Source: Candidatus Dojkabacteria bacterium (GTDB taxonomy: Bacteria; Patescibacteriota; Dojkabacteria; SC72). Taken from it: a DNA stretch of 64,000 bases. The stretch is taken from positions 684,820 through 748,819 of the forward strand of contig JBMNHB010000001.1 in assembly GCA_050950145.1 (NCBI GenBank). The letters are read 5' to 3'. How positions within the stretch are numbered: the first letter of the stretch is position 1; every line of letters starts with the position of its first letter. The position numbers and the translations under genes were made by a program. Shown here in pieces: positions 39,263 through 49,229 of the stretch. The notes under the pieces are model-generated. The model worked only from the letters and a program-made list of their open reading frames with translations, was not told where the DNA came from and made no database searches.

Positions 39263-41758
39263 CTAAAACATTGGAGGAAAACCTGGCATAGGTTGTTGTG
39301 GAGGTTCCTCTTCCTTTTCCAACTGTGCTCTAGTCCTAATATCATCAGCTACAACATTAACATCTCTACCATATTTCCTTCTAGACATCTCTTTAATAAT
39401 ACCGGAAACTTCCTTGTTAATCGGAATATCAAAACCTGAATCTGGATAATTTGGTCCATATGCACTATCTAATGAGAATGGTGCTGGATACGATCCATTA
39501 TTTAGTAACTTCGTATACCAATGTCCCATTGACTGATTAACAATATCTCCTGCAGAAACATACCCCTCAAAAGGTGTTTCCAAAAACTGAGCATCCTCGG
39601 GACTACATCTTGTGATAAAGAGTGAACCAACATTACCAAATACAGCATTCTTAATATCCTCTGGTAACTGTCCAATATATTGATGTGCAAGAGTTAAGTT
39701 TAATCTGTACTTCCTAGCCTCAGAGAGAATTGAATTAAACTCCTCCGTTGCAAAATTCTGAAACTCATCAGCATAAAAGAAGAAGTCCTTCCTCTGCTCT
39801 TCCGGAATATTTTCCCTACTTAAAGCTGCAGCAAGTAACTTCTGTACTACCAAAAGACCTAAGAAAGACATATTCTCATCCCCTATCAATCCCTTAGAAA
39901 GATTCACAATTAATATTTTCCCTTCATCCATAATCTGTCTAAAATCAAAAGATGATTGAGATTGACCAATAATATTTCTAATTGCTAAGTTTGTTGTAAA
40001 CTTATCAAACTTAGAGATGAAATATGTAAGTGACTCCGCCTTTGTCTTTTTATCTGTCTTAGCAACCTGATCTGTCCAATATCTTAAAACTAATTCATCT
40101 TTAACTAATGGTAACCAGTAGTCCATTACCCACTCCTCATCTTGTAGGATTCTAACAACCTCTATCAATGTAGAATCTGGCTTAGACATAGCTGTTAACA
40201 TAGAGTTTCTTACTGCCTGTTGGAAAGCTGGACCAGCATAACCTTGATTGTTTGGGTCAAACAATCTTATGAGTAGTGCTATAAAGCTATTAACAATTTG
40301 GTGCTTATGCTGTTCATTGTAATATTCCATGATATTTAAACCAAACGGCCTGTCAAAATCACCAGCATTAAAGTAGATAACATCTTCTGCTCTCTCGGGT
40401 GGAATTCTCTCCAAAAGCATCTCTGCAGCAGAACCATGAGGGTCTATAAAGCAACAACCATCACCATTATATATATCCTGAATCATCATCCTTACCATCA
40501 ACCAAGATTTACCAGTACCTGTTTGTCCGAGTATATATGAGTGCCTTCTCCTATCATCCCTCTGAAAACATATCATCTTCCTTTTACCTCTGAAATAGTT
40601 ATTACCCACCCAAATAGTATCTCTAGAGTTAATATCCGAACTAATCTCGTTACCTGCAGGTAATTCCTTAGATAGAAGCCATACAATATTAGGTGTCGTT
40701 ATCTCCTTATTTGGGAAATGATACAACCCTGCTAACTCTTCAATATTTAAAATACTCTTCTCATTCTCTGGAGTTCTTCTATAGATGACATCATAAAGGA
40801 AACTCTTCTGCTCTCTATCCTTCATCTTTTTCTTTTTCAACTTGTTTATTCCAGGATTGTTATACTGATCAAAAGCAGCAAGAATATTTTCTAAATGCAT
40901 CTTCGCTATCTCCTTACTAGGAGCACTAGTAATAATTCTAATCTCAGCCATTAACCCAGGTTTAGAAATCTTTTTGGTTATTGCCTGAAGTTTCTCTTGA
41001 GGTACATTTATCTTTTTCTTTTCTGGATCTGAATTATTCTTTTCAACATTCTGAACAAAACTACTCCCACCCTTCTGCCAGGTATTATCTGTAGGTGCAA
41101 CAGCTAACTGAACAATTGCACCCTCATTCTCAGACATCTTACTCAATGTACTAAGGACATTTGCTAAAGGATCTCCAGTAAAACCTTCTGCTGTCCTGAT
41201 TGGAAGATAGGGATCTTCATCAAGGATAAGTCTTGCATATGCAATCTCTGTATTTGGTGCAAAGATATTGTATTCATCAACAACTGCAACATCTGCATCT
41301 TGGTATGAACCAAGTATTTGTTTTTCTACTAAGTCTGCAAACTTTCTTGGACAGTGTACAAAGAATCTAATCTCACCAGGTAGCCCTACCATTTCAAAAC
41401 TTACACTATTACTAACACTAAACTTCTCCCCTATCCCATCTGCCTTACCACCAATACCGTACAAGTTAGCAAACATCTGTTCTGCTGCCCCTATTTCAAC
41501 TTCATTCTCTCTAGGTACTCTTACCTCCATTAATATTCCATCTCCTGCTTTCTCATTCCTATCTTTCTTTTTAAGCCTCTTCTTTATGTAAAAGAAACCT
41601 AATACAGCAAGAGCTATTATTACAACAAAGAAAGATACCCAACCCCAAGGTACTTTAAAACTATCATACGAATTATCTGGATATCGCACAGTAGATTCCT
41701 TTTTAGGTTGTTCTATTGTTGGACCAAAAACTTGTGCATAAATATCTTTAGAATACAT
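39263..41758 (-). CDS. VirD4/TraG/TraD-family type IV coupling-protein-like ATPase
   Basis: N-terminal transmembrane segment (WVSFFVVIIALAVLGFFYI). Walker A YILGQTGTGKSWLM is followed by CCFIDPHGSAAE (compare DPKGE of the TraG/VirD4 family). Walker B FFFYADEFQNF. The length is 831 aa. Confidence 0.55.
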   Translation of the reverse strand: MYSKDIYAQVFGPTIEQPKKESTVRYPDNSYDSFKVPWGWVSFFVVIIALAVLGFFYIKKRLKKKDRNEKAGDGILMEVRVPRENEVEIGAAEQMFANLYGIGGKADGIGEKFSVSNSVSFEMVGLPGEIRFFVHCPRKFADLVEKQILGSYQDADVAVVDEYNIFAPNTEIAYARLILDEDPYLPIRTAEGFTGDPLANVLSTLSKMSENEGAIVQLAVAPTDNTWQKGGSSFVQNVEKNNSDPEKKKINVPQEKLQAITKKISKPGLMAEIRIITSAPSKEIAKMHLENILAAFDQYNNPGINKLKKKKMKDREQKSFLYDVIYRRTPENEKSILNIEELAGLYHFPNKEITTPNIVWLLSKELPAGNEISSDINSRDTIWVGNNYFRGKRKMICFQRDDRRRHSYILGQTGTGKSWLMVRMMIQDIYNGDGCCFIDPHGSAAEMLLERIPPERAEDVIYFNAGDFDRPFGLNIMEYYNEQHKHQIVNSFIALLIRLFDPNNQGYAGPAFQQAVRNSMLTAMSKPDSTLIEVVRILQDEEWVMDYWLPLVKDELVLRYWTDQVAKTDKKTKAESLTYFISKFDKFTTNLAIRNIIGQSQSSFDFRQIMDEGKILIVNLSKGLIGDENMSFLGLLVVQKLLAAALSRENIPEEQRKDFFFYADEFQNFATEEFNSILSEARKYRLNLTLAHQYIGQLPEDIKNAVFGNVGSLFITRCSPEDAQFLETPFEGYVSAGDIVNQSMGHWYTKLLNNGSYPAPFSLDSAYGPNYPDSGFDIPINKEVSGIIKEMSRRKYGRDVNVVADDIRTRAQLEKEEEPPQQPMPGFPPMF

Positions 41759-41817
41759 TGTAAGGACAGTATATATTATACCTAAAGAATATCACAGAGA
41801 GAGGGATATATCAAAAA

Positions 41818-42153
41818 CTAGTCAACAGTTACACCTACACCATTTCTCTTATCTACAACTATCTTTGAAGCAGTATCACCTGAAGTAGTATCACCTGAAG
41901 TAGTATTACCATCTGTATCTACAGCTTGTGGTTCATATCCATATCCTGTCCACTCTGTTTCATTATCAACAACAGAAGGATTGGGATCTTTAACTGGAGT
42001 TGATACTGGCAAATCAGTATTTTCAGTAACAGGAGCTGATATGGGCTTTTGTACTTCAGGTCTCTCAACACCAAAAGTCTCCTGCTTTGGAGTTTCTGTA
42101 GTTTTTAATGCATCTTCTAATGTCGGTGTTATTAATTTCTCTATTGTACTCAT
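41818..42153 (-). CDS. Small secreted or surface hypothetical protein rich in Thr/Pro/Asp with TSGDT repeats
   Basis: ORF with tandem 15-nt repeats (GTATCACCTGAAGTA twice) encoding TSGDTTSGDT. Confidence 0.4.
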   Translation of the reverse strand: MSTIEKLITPTLEDALKTTETPKQETFGVERPEVQKPISAPVTENTDLPVSTPVKDPNPSVVDNETEWTGYGYEPQAVDTDGNTTSGDTTSGDTASKIVVDKRNGVGVTVD

Positions 42154-42161
42154 AGTATTAA

Positions 42162-42605
42162 TTATATCACATATTTCCTGTTCTCGTAAAGCAACTCCCT
42201 ATCTAGCTCCCTCTCCTTCTCTCTCTGTTTTTTCTCATGTCTCTTCCTACCTCTAGCATATGCCACCTCCACTTTTACTAATTTACCTTTCGTGTATATT
42301 GAAAGAGGTATCAAAACCAGTTTCTTTGCTTTTAACTTACTATCTATCTGTACTAATTCTTTCTTTTTTACTAATAGCTTCCTAGATCTCCTAGCATCAT
42401 AGAACTCATCAGAATTATACTTGTATTGGGGTATCTCTGCATTAACTAAATATAAATCTCCACTTATTATCTTTACAAAAGAATCCGTTAGATTAACCCT
42501 ACCATCTTTAACACTTTTTACTTCTGCACCAGTTAAAACAATACCAGCCTCAAAAGACTCTATAATCTCATAATTAAATGTAGCTTTCTTGTTTGAAATT
42601 TTCAT
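42162..42605 (-). CDS. smpB: SsrA-binding protein
   Basis: NKKATFNYEIIESFEAGIVLTGAEVKS...LVNAEIPQY are conserved SmpB blocks, followed by a basic C-terminal tail. Confidence 0.85.
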   Translation of the reverse strand: MKISNKKATFNYEIIESFEAGIVLTGAEVKSVKDGRVNLTDSFVKIISGDLYLVNAEIPQYKYNSDEFYDARRSRKLLVKKKELVQIDSKLKAKKLVLIPLSIYTKGKLVKVEVAYARGRKRHEKKQREKERELDRELLYENRKYVI

Positions 42606-42616
42606 GCTGTATTATA

Positions 42617-44953
42617 CTACAAAGCAATCTTCCATACCGTATTACCATCAAGTACATACATATTCTCTTCCTTATGATCTACAACAAAATCTTTTACATT
42701 CTTAAATTCATTCTCATCTCCTCCTCTGTATTCATACTGTTTTAATAATAACAATTGATTTGGATGCCTAATATCTGCACCACCCTCTTGTGGTTTTTCA
42801 AATCTGAGAAACCTTTTCCCTTCAGAATCAAACATATACAGACCACTATCCATACTATCAGCATATGTATATCCTTTTGTAATCTTACCAACCCCTCCTG
42901 AGAGACCAATTATTCCAAATTCAGAAAGAACCTGTTTCTGTTCAACTGAGCTCCATATATATCTAAGAATTCCTTCTTCTCCTTTAGTAAATACATACAC
43001 ACTAAAATCTCCATGTATATCCGTAGCATTCTCAAATGCTGGATTTTCAACATATTTATTCAACATGGAATACCTATCACCATACACAGCTGTAGATCTT
43101 AATATAGCTTTTTGGTCAGGAGAAAGAAGATATACATTATCATTCGCTGTTAGGACAATCATATCTACAACATCTATACCTGTAATATCTCTAGCTAAAA
43201 GTCCTGGAAGTGTAATGAAACTTCCTAAAGAATCATCTTCATTCCTCTGTGCTTTTACAACTCCCGTGTCTTTGTCATATACAAAAACTCCTCTTTCTCC
43301 AACAGCAACATACATGGGAGCTTTTAGTATTTTCTGTTCATCTTTAATAACTTCTACCGCAGGTGTTTCAGCTAAAGGTATTCTATAAACAGCTTTTTTA
43401 CCTTTATCTGTAATCAGAAGATACTCTACATTATTCTTATCTATATACTTATCTATATCTACAAGCTCTGCACCCTCTCCAATTGCAGAAAGAGATGGAC
43501 TTAAATAGCTAGAAAGATTTCCTAGTTCAGAAGAAAATCCTACCTTTTTAAAGAGCTGATCTCCAAGTTTGTTATACCTATCTTTCAACTCCTTTGCTTT
43601 AGTTGTATCTTTCTCCTTAAGACCTTCGGGAATCTCCTTTAGTAAATTCCCAACATCAAAATATGCTGTCTCAGCACCACTCTTGTCTCCATCAATATTT
43701 TGTTCTATCTTATCCAATAACTGCTGAATCTGTGTAAATTTCTGATTGACTTCCTTACTAAGTTCATTTGCTTTCTTTGTTTTTATAGAGAAGTTAACAC
43801 CAAGAATTATTAAAACAACTATTGTAACAATCCCCAAAACTATCTTGAATCTCCTTCCCCTTAGATCTCTAACCTTGTAATCATCTACTCTCATACCAAC
43901 CGTTTGTACTGCTTGTCTTGGTTTCCTAAGACTAATTTCTGAATATTTAGACATGATTTTCTTAAACCATCTCTTCCTAGATAGAAGTGAAGAAATCTTG
44001 TTCCATATTGCAACAAACACTGATTTGATATATTCCCATATCTTCTGAAACACACCTTTTATTTTGCTCCATACAATCTTAATTTTCTCTCTTGTTCCCT
44101 CTGATGGTTTTATCTTCTCCAAAAACCCTTCAATTCTACTTTTTGCTCCCTTAAATGTACCTCCAATCTTCTCAGTTGTATCTTTCACATTTATCTTCCC
44201 TATACTAATCTTCTTAAGATCCAACACTAACTTCTTCTTGTCTTCTGGGGGCACAAATGTAGGAGCAATTGTTGGAGTACTTTCAGTTATTTCTTCTGTA
44301 TGTTCTTTTACTAGCGGTTTCTTTGCGTTGATAAAAGACATTACAGCATTATTCCCAGTCATATTCACCCCTATTCTTGTAACTTCTCTTTCTAATTTTT
44401 CCTCCTCAGATGCAACTGTGATATCTGCTAAATTCTCTGAGAAAATTCCCTCTGTTGAGAGAAGTAATGCCTCATTCTTCTCTAATACAACACCTGCCGT
44501 ATTTGCTTCCTTCTTTTTCATGATATCAGCAATGTCTACTACTTTTTCTCCCTTTACAACATATATTTCTCCATTACCTATTGAACCAATATACAAACCT
44601 TCTTTTTTGACCAAACATACCAACATCGTAAGATCTATCTTATTCCCAGCTACATCCTTATCACTCTGAATTAAACTTCTTAACTTGTTAAAGCCATCTG
44701 CTAAGGCAGACTTCATTGAGTCATTTGTCGTTTTCTCATGAGAATACAGATATCCATCGGTAATGCTATCTAAAACAAATTTAGAAAGCCTATTTAATGG
44801 AAGTTCTTTTTCTGAAGACATTTTCAGAATTATATAGATATCTCCTTCTTTACTAGATTTTTGGTCTCTTGTAGAGAAAAGATTTACATGAGAGACTACA
44901 AAAGATTTTGGGTCTTTTTCATTTGATATATATTGTTGGGCAGATATCTCCAT
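42617..44953 (-). CDS. Large hypothetical membrane protein (778 aa). Its N-terminal domain resembles a PP2C/SpoIIE fold.
   Basis: DLTMLVCLVKKEGLYIGSIGNGEIYVVKGEKVVDI resembles the PP2C core strand pattern. A central transmembrane segment (IVLGIVTIVVLIILGVNF) is present and the C-terminal half is large. Confidence 0.45.
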   Translation of the reverse strand: MEISAQQYISNEKDPKSFVVSHVNLFSTRDQKSSKEGDIYIILKMSSEKELPLNRLSKFVLDSITDGYLYSHEKTTNDSMKSALADGFNKLRSLIQSDKDVAGNKIDLTMLVCLVKKEGLYIGSIGNGEIYVVKGEKVVDIADIMKKKEANTAGVVLEKNEALLLSTEGIFSENLADITVASEEEKLEREVTRIGVNMTGNNAVMSFINAKKPLVKEHTEEITESTPTIAPTFVPPEDKKKLVLDLKKISIGKINVKDTTEKIGGTFKGAKSRIEGFLEKIKPSEGTREKIKIVWSKIKGVFQKIWEYIKSVFVAIWNKISSLLSRKRWFKKIMSKYSEISLRKPRQAVQTVGMRVDDYKVRDLRGRRFKIVLGIVTIVVLIILGVNFSIKTKKANELSKEVNQKFTQIQQLLDKIEQNIDGDKSGAETAYFDVGNLLKEIPEGLKEKDTTKAKELKDRYNKLGDQLFKKVGFSSELGNLSSYLSPSLSAIGEGAELVDIDKYIDKNNVEYLLITDKGKKAVYRIPLAETPAVEVIKDEQKILKAPMYVAVGERGVFVYDKDTGVVKAQRNEDDSLGSFITLPGLLARDITGIDVVDMIVLTANDNVYLLSPDQKAILRSTAVYGDRYSMLNKYVENPAFENATDIHGDFSVYVFTKGEEGILRYIWSSVEQKQVLSEFGIIGLSGGVGKITKGYTYADSMDSGLYMFDSEGKRFLRFEKPQEGGADIRHPNQLLLLKQYEYRGGDENEFKNVKDFVVDHKEENMYVLDGNTVWKIAL

Positions 44954-44957
44954 ACAT

Positions 44958-45227
44958 TTAAGAAAGAATTAAAAACAACATTGCTAACAAGGTAAGTAAG
45001 AATGTTGCTATTAAATACAATACAACAATACTTTTTATTGTCTTGTTCCCCTCCATTATAAAAGTATCTGTTAATATTCTAACTCTAAGGTAGAGAATGA
45101 GAGCTGAGAAAAGATTTCCTATCAGAAGCAAAATTACAGGAATCTTAAGAAGAGGAATTAAGTTAAATTCAATAGTTCCTATTTGTATAGTGTATAGATT
45201 GTTTAATATTTCATTAATCTCTTCCAT
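44958..45227 (-). CDS. Small two-transmembrane membrane protein (89 aa)
   Basis: Hydrophobic ORF in operon position between neighbouring genes. Confidence 0.35.
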   Translation of the reverse strand: MEEINEILNNLYTIQIGTIEFNLIPLLKIPVILLLIGNLFSALILYLRVRILTDTFIMEGNKTIKSIVVLYLIATFLLTLLAMLFLILS

Positions 45228-45862
45228 TAAATTGCTCCTTCCTTTTTGGACTGAAGTAAATCTGAAAGAATATCTTGAACTTCTTTTGGCTTGTGTATTC
45301 CATCAAACTCTATTTCAGATTTAGTCCCTGCTGTTTGTATATATATTGTTCCTACATCAAGCATATTTGCAAAAACCCCTACTTGTTTGAATGTAATATC
45401 CTCTATCTTATCCAACCTTGCCTCTGTCATTTTATGAAAGAAAAGTGAGTAGAAATCAATATCAACTACCCTTTTATCCGTAATTATATTTACATTGTAA
45501 AACCATTTAACATATGCAAAAAGAGATAATGAAATAGAAAGAAGAATACTAATTAAGAAAACAGAGAAGAGGAATGCATAGTTTCTAGATTCTGAAGGAG
45601 TTAAAGAGGTTACAATAAATGGAAGAAGTAGGAGCACGAACACACTAACTATCGTTGGTATCAGAGATAGCCAATGTCTTCTAAGTACTAAAACAATATT
45701 CTCACTATCCTCTTTACCTAGAAAAGAGGTATTTTTTGGAAAAGGCTCAAAAAAACCACCTCTTCTATACTTTAGATGGTTAATAAATGTCTTATCTAAT
45801 TTACGAAATTTACGAGGAATACATTTACTATCAATAGTTCTTTCCATGCTTAAGAATAGCAT
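45227..45862 (-). CDS. Membrane protein with a bacterial PH-like (YdbS/YdbT-type) domain
   Basis: Two transmembrane segments followed by ...IITDKRVVDIDFYSLFFHKMTEARLDKIEDITFKQVGVFANMLDVGTIYIQTAG, the bPH_2 pattern. Confidence 0.55.
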   Translation of the reverse strand: MLFLSMERTIDSKCIPRKFRKLDKTFINHLKYRRGGFFEPFPKNTSFLGKEDSENIVLVLRRHWLSLIPTIVSVFVLLLLPFIVTSLTPSESRNYAFLFSVFLISILLSISLSLFAYVKWFYNVNIITDKRVVDIDFYSLFFHKMTEARLDKIEDITFKQVGVFANMLDVGTIYIQTAGTKSEIEFDGIHKPKEVQDILSDLLQSKKEGAI

Positions 45863-45883
45863 ATTGTTGTTAAGGGGACAAGG

Positions 45884-47740
45884 TTACTTCTTTTCTATGT
45901 TAATGTGAATAAATCCATTCTGAGGAATACGGAAATATCCAGGAGCTCGCAGACCAAAAGCTGTTTTAAAATCACTTCCTATCATTTCTACAACACCTCT
46001 ATTAGTGTTAAATGATACCTTGTCAGTAAAGCCACTATTGTATGTAATTACACTATAAATCTGAGTGACTGGATTGGGGACGATATTTCTTAGCTCCTGA
46101 TGAGAATATGGGTTTGCATATTTATATCTTTCATCACCAGAATAACACTCCTTTATATCTATCGCGATAACCCTAGGATCAGAATCTACTTCTTTCAGAC
46201 GAAGATAACCATTTAATATATCTGACATTTCTTCATTATTAAGCCATGGGGTTGTATGCCCACAATCATTGCCAGATATTGTGTATCCATATCTAAACCA
46301 CTGTCTGTAAAACCAGTAAGATCCCACCCTTGTACTCTTAGCTTCATACATCTGTGCAATTGATGAAGAACCATCTATAGTATCCCATCCTATATCATAC
46401 GAATATCCACCATGAACAGCAGCATATGAAGTCTCAAAGACAGTCCCTCTCCTAGTTAATACTTGGTCTTTAGTTGCAGCCATTGCAGCTTGCCAATTAG
46501 GTTTGATGACAATATTAGGATTAAAAGCTTGATCACATTCATCACTGTTTATATATGTAGTTCCATAGTTCGTTCTCCATATCGCATATGTTCTAGCAGA
46601 TACTGCTTGTGCTTTTAATGCTTCCATTGCAAAATTATCTGGCATTTCTGCTATCCTAGGCATGTATTCAGTTTCAAAGTCATAAGTTTGGAAACTCGGA
46701 TTACAACAAACACTACACGGTTTACATGCTTGACTACTTCTATCACAGAAACGAACAGTAATTTGCCCCATTGTTGCGTTACCTATAGCACTTCCAGAAT
46801 AATATGCAGATAAAATTTGTTGATAATTTTGACCAAGCAAAGCCCTTACATCTGCACCGTACTGACTTAAACCTCTTCTCCATGTATATGCACCAAAAGA
46901 AAAAACTGCAAATGAACCTGGAGGAGCATTCTGTCGGAAATAATCAGGAGTAGAAGCAACATCCTTTCCATTTGTAGGTATCATGGAAGTATCTACAACT
47001 GTCCCACCAGATCTTGCATAGAGTAGAAATTGCTGTAATTGAGAAATCTCCTTTGTTAATCCTCCTATCTGCACTGTAAGATTTTTCTTTTGAGCATTTT
47101 GCTTGTTCAACTCCGCCTGTAACTTAGCTTTCTCATCTGCTAATAATGCATACGATTTATCCAAATCCTCCTTCTGTTTATCTAAATCTTCCCTCTCTTT
47201 ATCTAATGCTGCTTTGGCTTCAGCTAAACTACTAAATTCTCCATTTATCTTTTCTACCTCTCCCCTAAGTACAGATACCGTATTCCTCTTAACATAAAAT
47301 CCTTTAATCAGACCATCCCAATCTGAAAGGAAAAAATTAATAACACTACTCCTACTCTCTATATACAATTTACCTGATACAACATCTAAAATCTCTTTTG
47401 TTTTTTCTAACTGTTCCTGCTTATCTTTAATCCCCTTAACCTTCTCATCCATCTTCTCTTGGTTCTCATCTATACTTGCCTGCAACTTATTAACCTCTGC
47501 TGTCATCAATGCTATCTTTTCACTCAATGACTTACTACTACCTTTTATCTCTGCAATTTTCTTCTCAATTGTTCCTAAAATCCCTTGTTTCTCTGCTATC
47601 TGTTCTGTTTTCTCATTAATCTGTTTCTCTAAATCAGATATAGATTGGGAATATACTGGAAGTTTTACTAAAAAGAGAAGGATTAGGAATGTAATCAAAA
47701 AAGAAATTAAACCTACTTTGATTCGGGGCACTTTCATCAT
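45884..47740 (-). CDS. Secreted coiled-coil protein with a C-terminal SpoIID/LytB-like domain
   Basis: Signal or transmembrane segment. There are about 200 aa of coiled coil (EKQINEKTEQIAEKQ...). The C-terminus has TWRRGLSQYGADVRAL (compare the G-x-G-M-SQ-x-GA motif of SpoIID/LytB). Confidence 0.55.
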   Translation of the reverse strand: MMKVPRIKVGLISFLITFLILLFLVKLPVYSQSISDLEKQINEKTEQIAEKQGILGTIEKKIAEIKGSSKSLSEKIALMTAEVNKLQASIDENQEKMDEKVKGIKDKQEQLEKTKEILDVVSGKLYIESRSSVINFFLSDWDGLIKGFYVKRNTVSVLRGEVEKINGEFSSLAEAKAALDKEREDLDKQKEDLDKSYALLADEKAKLQAELNKQNAQKKNLTVQIGGLTKEISQLQQFLLYARSGGTVVDTSMIPTNGKDVASTPDYFRQNAPPGSFAVFSFGAYTWRRGLSQYGADVRALLGQNYQQILSAYYSGSAIGNATMGQITVRFCDRSSQACKPCSVCCNPSFQTYDFETEYMPRIAEMPDNFAMEALKAQAVSARTYAIWRTNYGTTYINSDECDQAFNPNIVIKPNWQAAMAATKDQVLTRRGTVFETSYAAVHGGYSYDIGWDTIDGSSSIAQMYEAKSTRVGSYWFYRQWFRYGYTISGNDCGHTTPWLNNEEMSDILNGYLRLKEVDSDPRVIAIDIKECYSGDERYKYANPYSHQELRNIVPNPVTQIYSVITYNSGFTDKVSFNTNRGVVEMIGSDFKTAFGLRAPGYFRIPQNGFIHINIEKK

Positions 47741-47757
47741 TGTCCTGTATTATACCA

Positions 47758-48153
47758 TTAACCAGTAATGATTTTTTGTAAGAAGAGAATAATGTATGGA
47801 AGGAAGATGATAAGGCCAGTTATGACTGATACTAAAGCACTTACAAGTACTGCTCCAGCACTTACATCTTTTGCATATTTCACATTTATTTTAAAATCTT
47901 GTGAGACAGTATCACAGAGAGCCTCGATTGCGCTATTGATTGTCTCAGATATTAAGACCATTGAAATAACCAAACTTATCGCTATCCATTCGAAATGACT
48001 AATCTTAAAGAATACCCCAGCTAGTATAACTAAAGCTGTAATTACAAGCTCTATCCTAAAATTTCTTTCATTTTTAAAAATCAATTTTATGCCATTCCTA
48101 GCATATCCCTGACTCTTAAAAAAATCTTCAGTTTTAAAAGATTCGTTCTTCAT
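47758..48153 (-). CDS. dgkA: Diacylglycerol / undecaprenol kinase (DgkA family)
   Basis: Three transmembrane helices and the signature ETINSAIEALCD. Confidence 0.8.
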   Translation of the reverse strand: MKNESFKTEDFFKSQGYARNGIKLIFKNERNFRIELVITALVILAGVFFKISHFEWIAISLVISMVLISETINSAIEALCDTVSQDFKINVKYAKDVSAGAVLVSALVSVITGLIIFLPYIILFLQKIITG

Positions 48154-48155
48154 AT

Positions 48156-48482
48156 TTAAGCAACAGCATCAAGAATAGCTTTTAGTATAAGGCCAACAAG
48201 GATAGTAAAAATCAAACCTATGATAGCCCATGTTAATGTCCCTTGAGCTCTTTTAATCTTATCTGGATCTCCTGCAGATATCATCCACATATATCCACCA
48301 TATACAACAAAAATAAATGCTAGTAAACCAGCAATGGGAAGAAGTTTACTAGTTACTGTATCTACAAGTCTTTGAATCGTCGCCCCATCTAATCTAGGAG
48401 GAGAAGATTGAGCATATATATAGGAACCTGAAAGGAATGAAGCTATGACTAAAGGAATAGATTTGTATAAATCTTTTATCAT
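48156..48482 (-). CDS. VirB2/TrbC-like type IV secretion pilin paralogue 1
   Basis: Signal peptide (...SYIYA|QSS), then two hydrophobic helices flanking the conserved block GGYMWMISAGDPDKIKRAQGTLTWAIIGL. Confidence 0.55.
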   Translation of the reverse strand: MIKDLYKSIPLVIASFLSGSYIYAQSSPPRLDGATIQRLVDTVTSKLLPIAGLLAFIFVVYGGYMWMISAGDPDKIKRAQGTLTWAIIGLIFTILVGLILKAILDAVA

Positions 48483-48489
48483 TAATCGA

Positions 48490-48762
48490 TTAAAGAAACT
48501 TATCTAATACAAATTTTACAATAGTTGGAGATAAAAAGACAATAATTAATCCAATGAACGCAAATATTAAGCCTCTTGTAGCTTCTTTAACCTTTTCATC
48601 ATCTCCTTTTGAAAACATATACTTGAAGCCTGAAATAACAACAGATATCACAACCAGCAGAACAGAAAAAGAGATAGCCAAATCTAACAGATTCCTAACA
48701 AAATCAGTTAAATCAGTATAAGCAGTTAAGTTTAAACTATTTACAAAAGGTTTTTCAAACAT
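48490..48762 (-). CDS. VirB2/TrbC-like pilin paralogue 2
   Basis: Conserved block SGFKYMFSKGDDEKVKEATRGLIFAFIGL between two hydrophobic segments. Confidence 0.5.
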   Translation of the reverse strand: MFEKPFVNSLNLTAYTDLTDFVRNLLDLAISFSVLLVVISVVISGFKYMFSKGDDEKVKEATRGLIFAFIGLIIVFLSPTIVKFVLDKFL

Positions 48763-48792
48763 ACTAAGAATCTTTTACTCCTACTTATCTAG

Positions 48793-49155
48793 TTAGACCT
48801 TAGGAACTACAGTTGTTGGATCAGTTCCTAATATCTTATTCCCTACAAATCTGACAAGTATCACAGCTACAAAACAAACAACAAGACCAATAATCGCCCA
48901 TGTTAAAGATTTAGTTGCTGTTTGAATTTTGTTCTCATCTCCATTAGCTGTCATATATGAATAGCCTGCAAAAATCAAAATACCAACACAAACAATCACA
49001 GCAAACCCAATTGCAAAATTTAACACTGTTTGTACTATACCTGGAATTGTTTTACCCCCAGTTGGATCATCAGGAAGCCAACCTGAAGCTTCTTGTGCAT
49101 AAACAGAGGAAGCTGCTAGATACACAGATATTGGAAACAACTTAGAAATTTTCAT
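48793..49155 (-). CDS. VirB2/TrbC-like pilin paralogue 3
   Basis: Signal peptide (...SVYA|QEA). Conserved block AGYSYMTANGDENKIQTATKSLTWAIIGL. Confidence 0.55.
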   Translation of the reverse strand: MKISKLFPISVYLAASSVYAQEASGWLPDDPTGGKTIPGIVQTVLNFAIGFAVIVCVGILIFAGYSYMTANGDENKIQTATKSLTWAIIGLVVCFVAVILVRFVGNKILGTDPTTVVPKV

Positions 49156-49229
49156 ATATAAATAAATATTTAAATAAAATATATATTAAGTATGTTAATT
49201 ATATATTAACCATATATAAAAAACAATAG

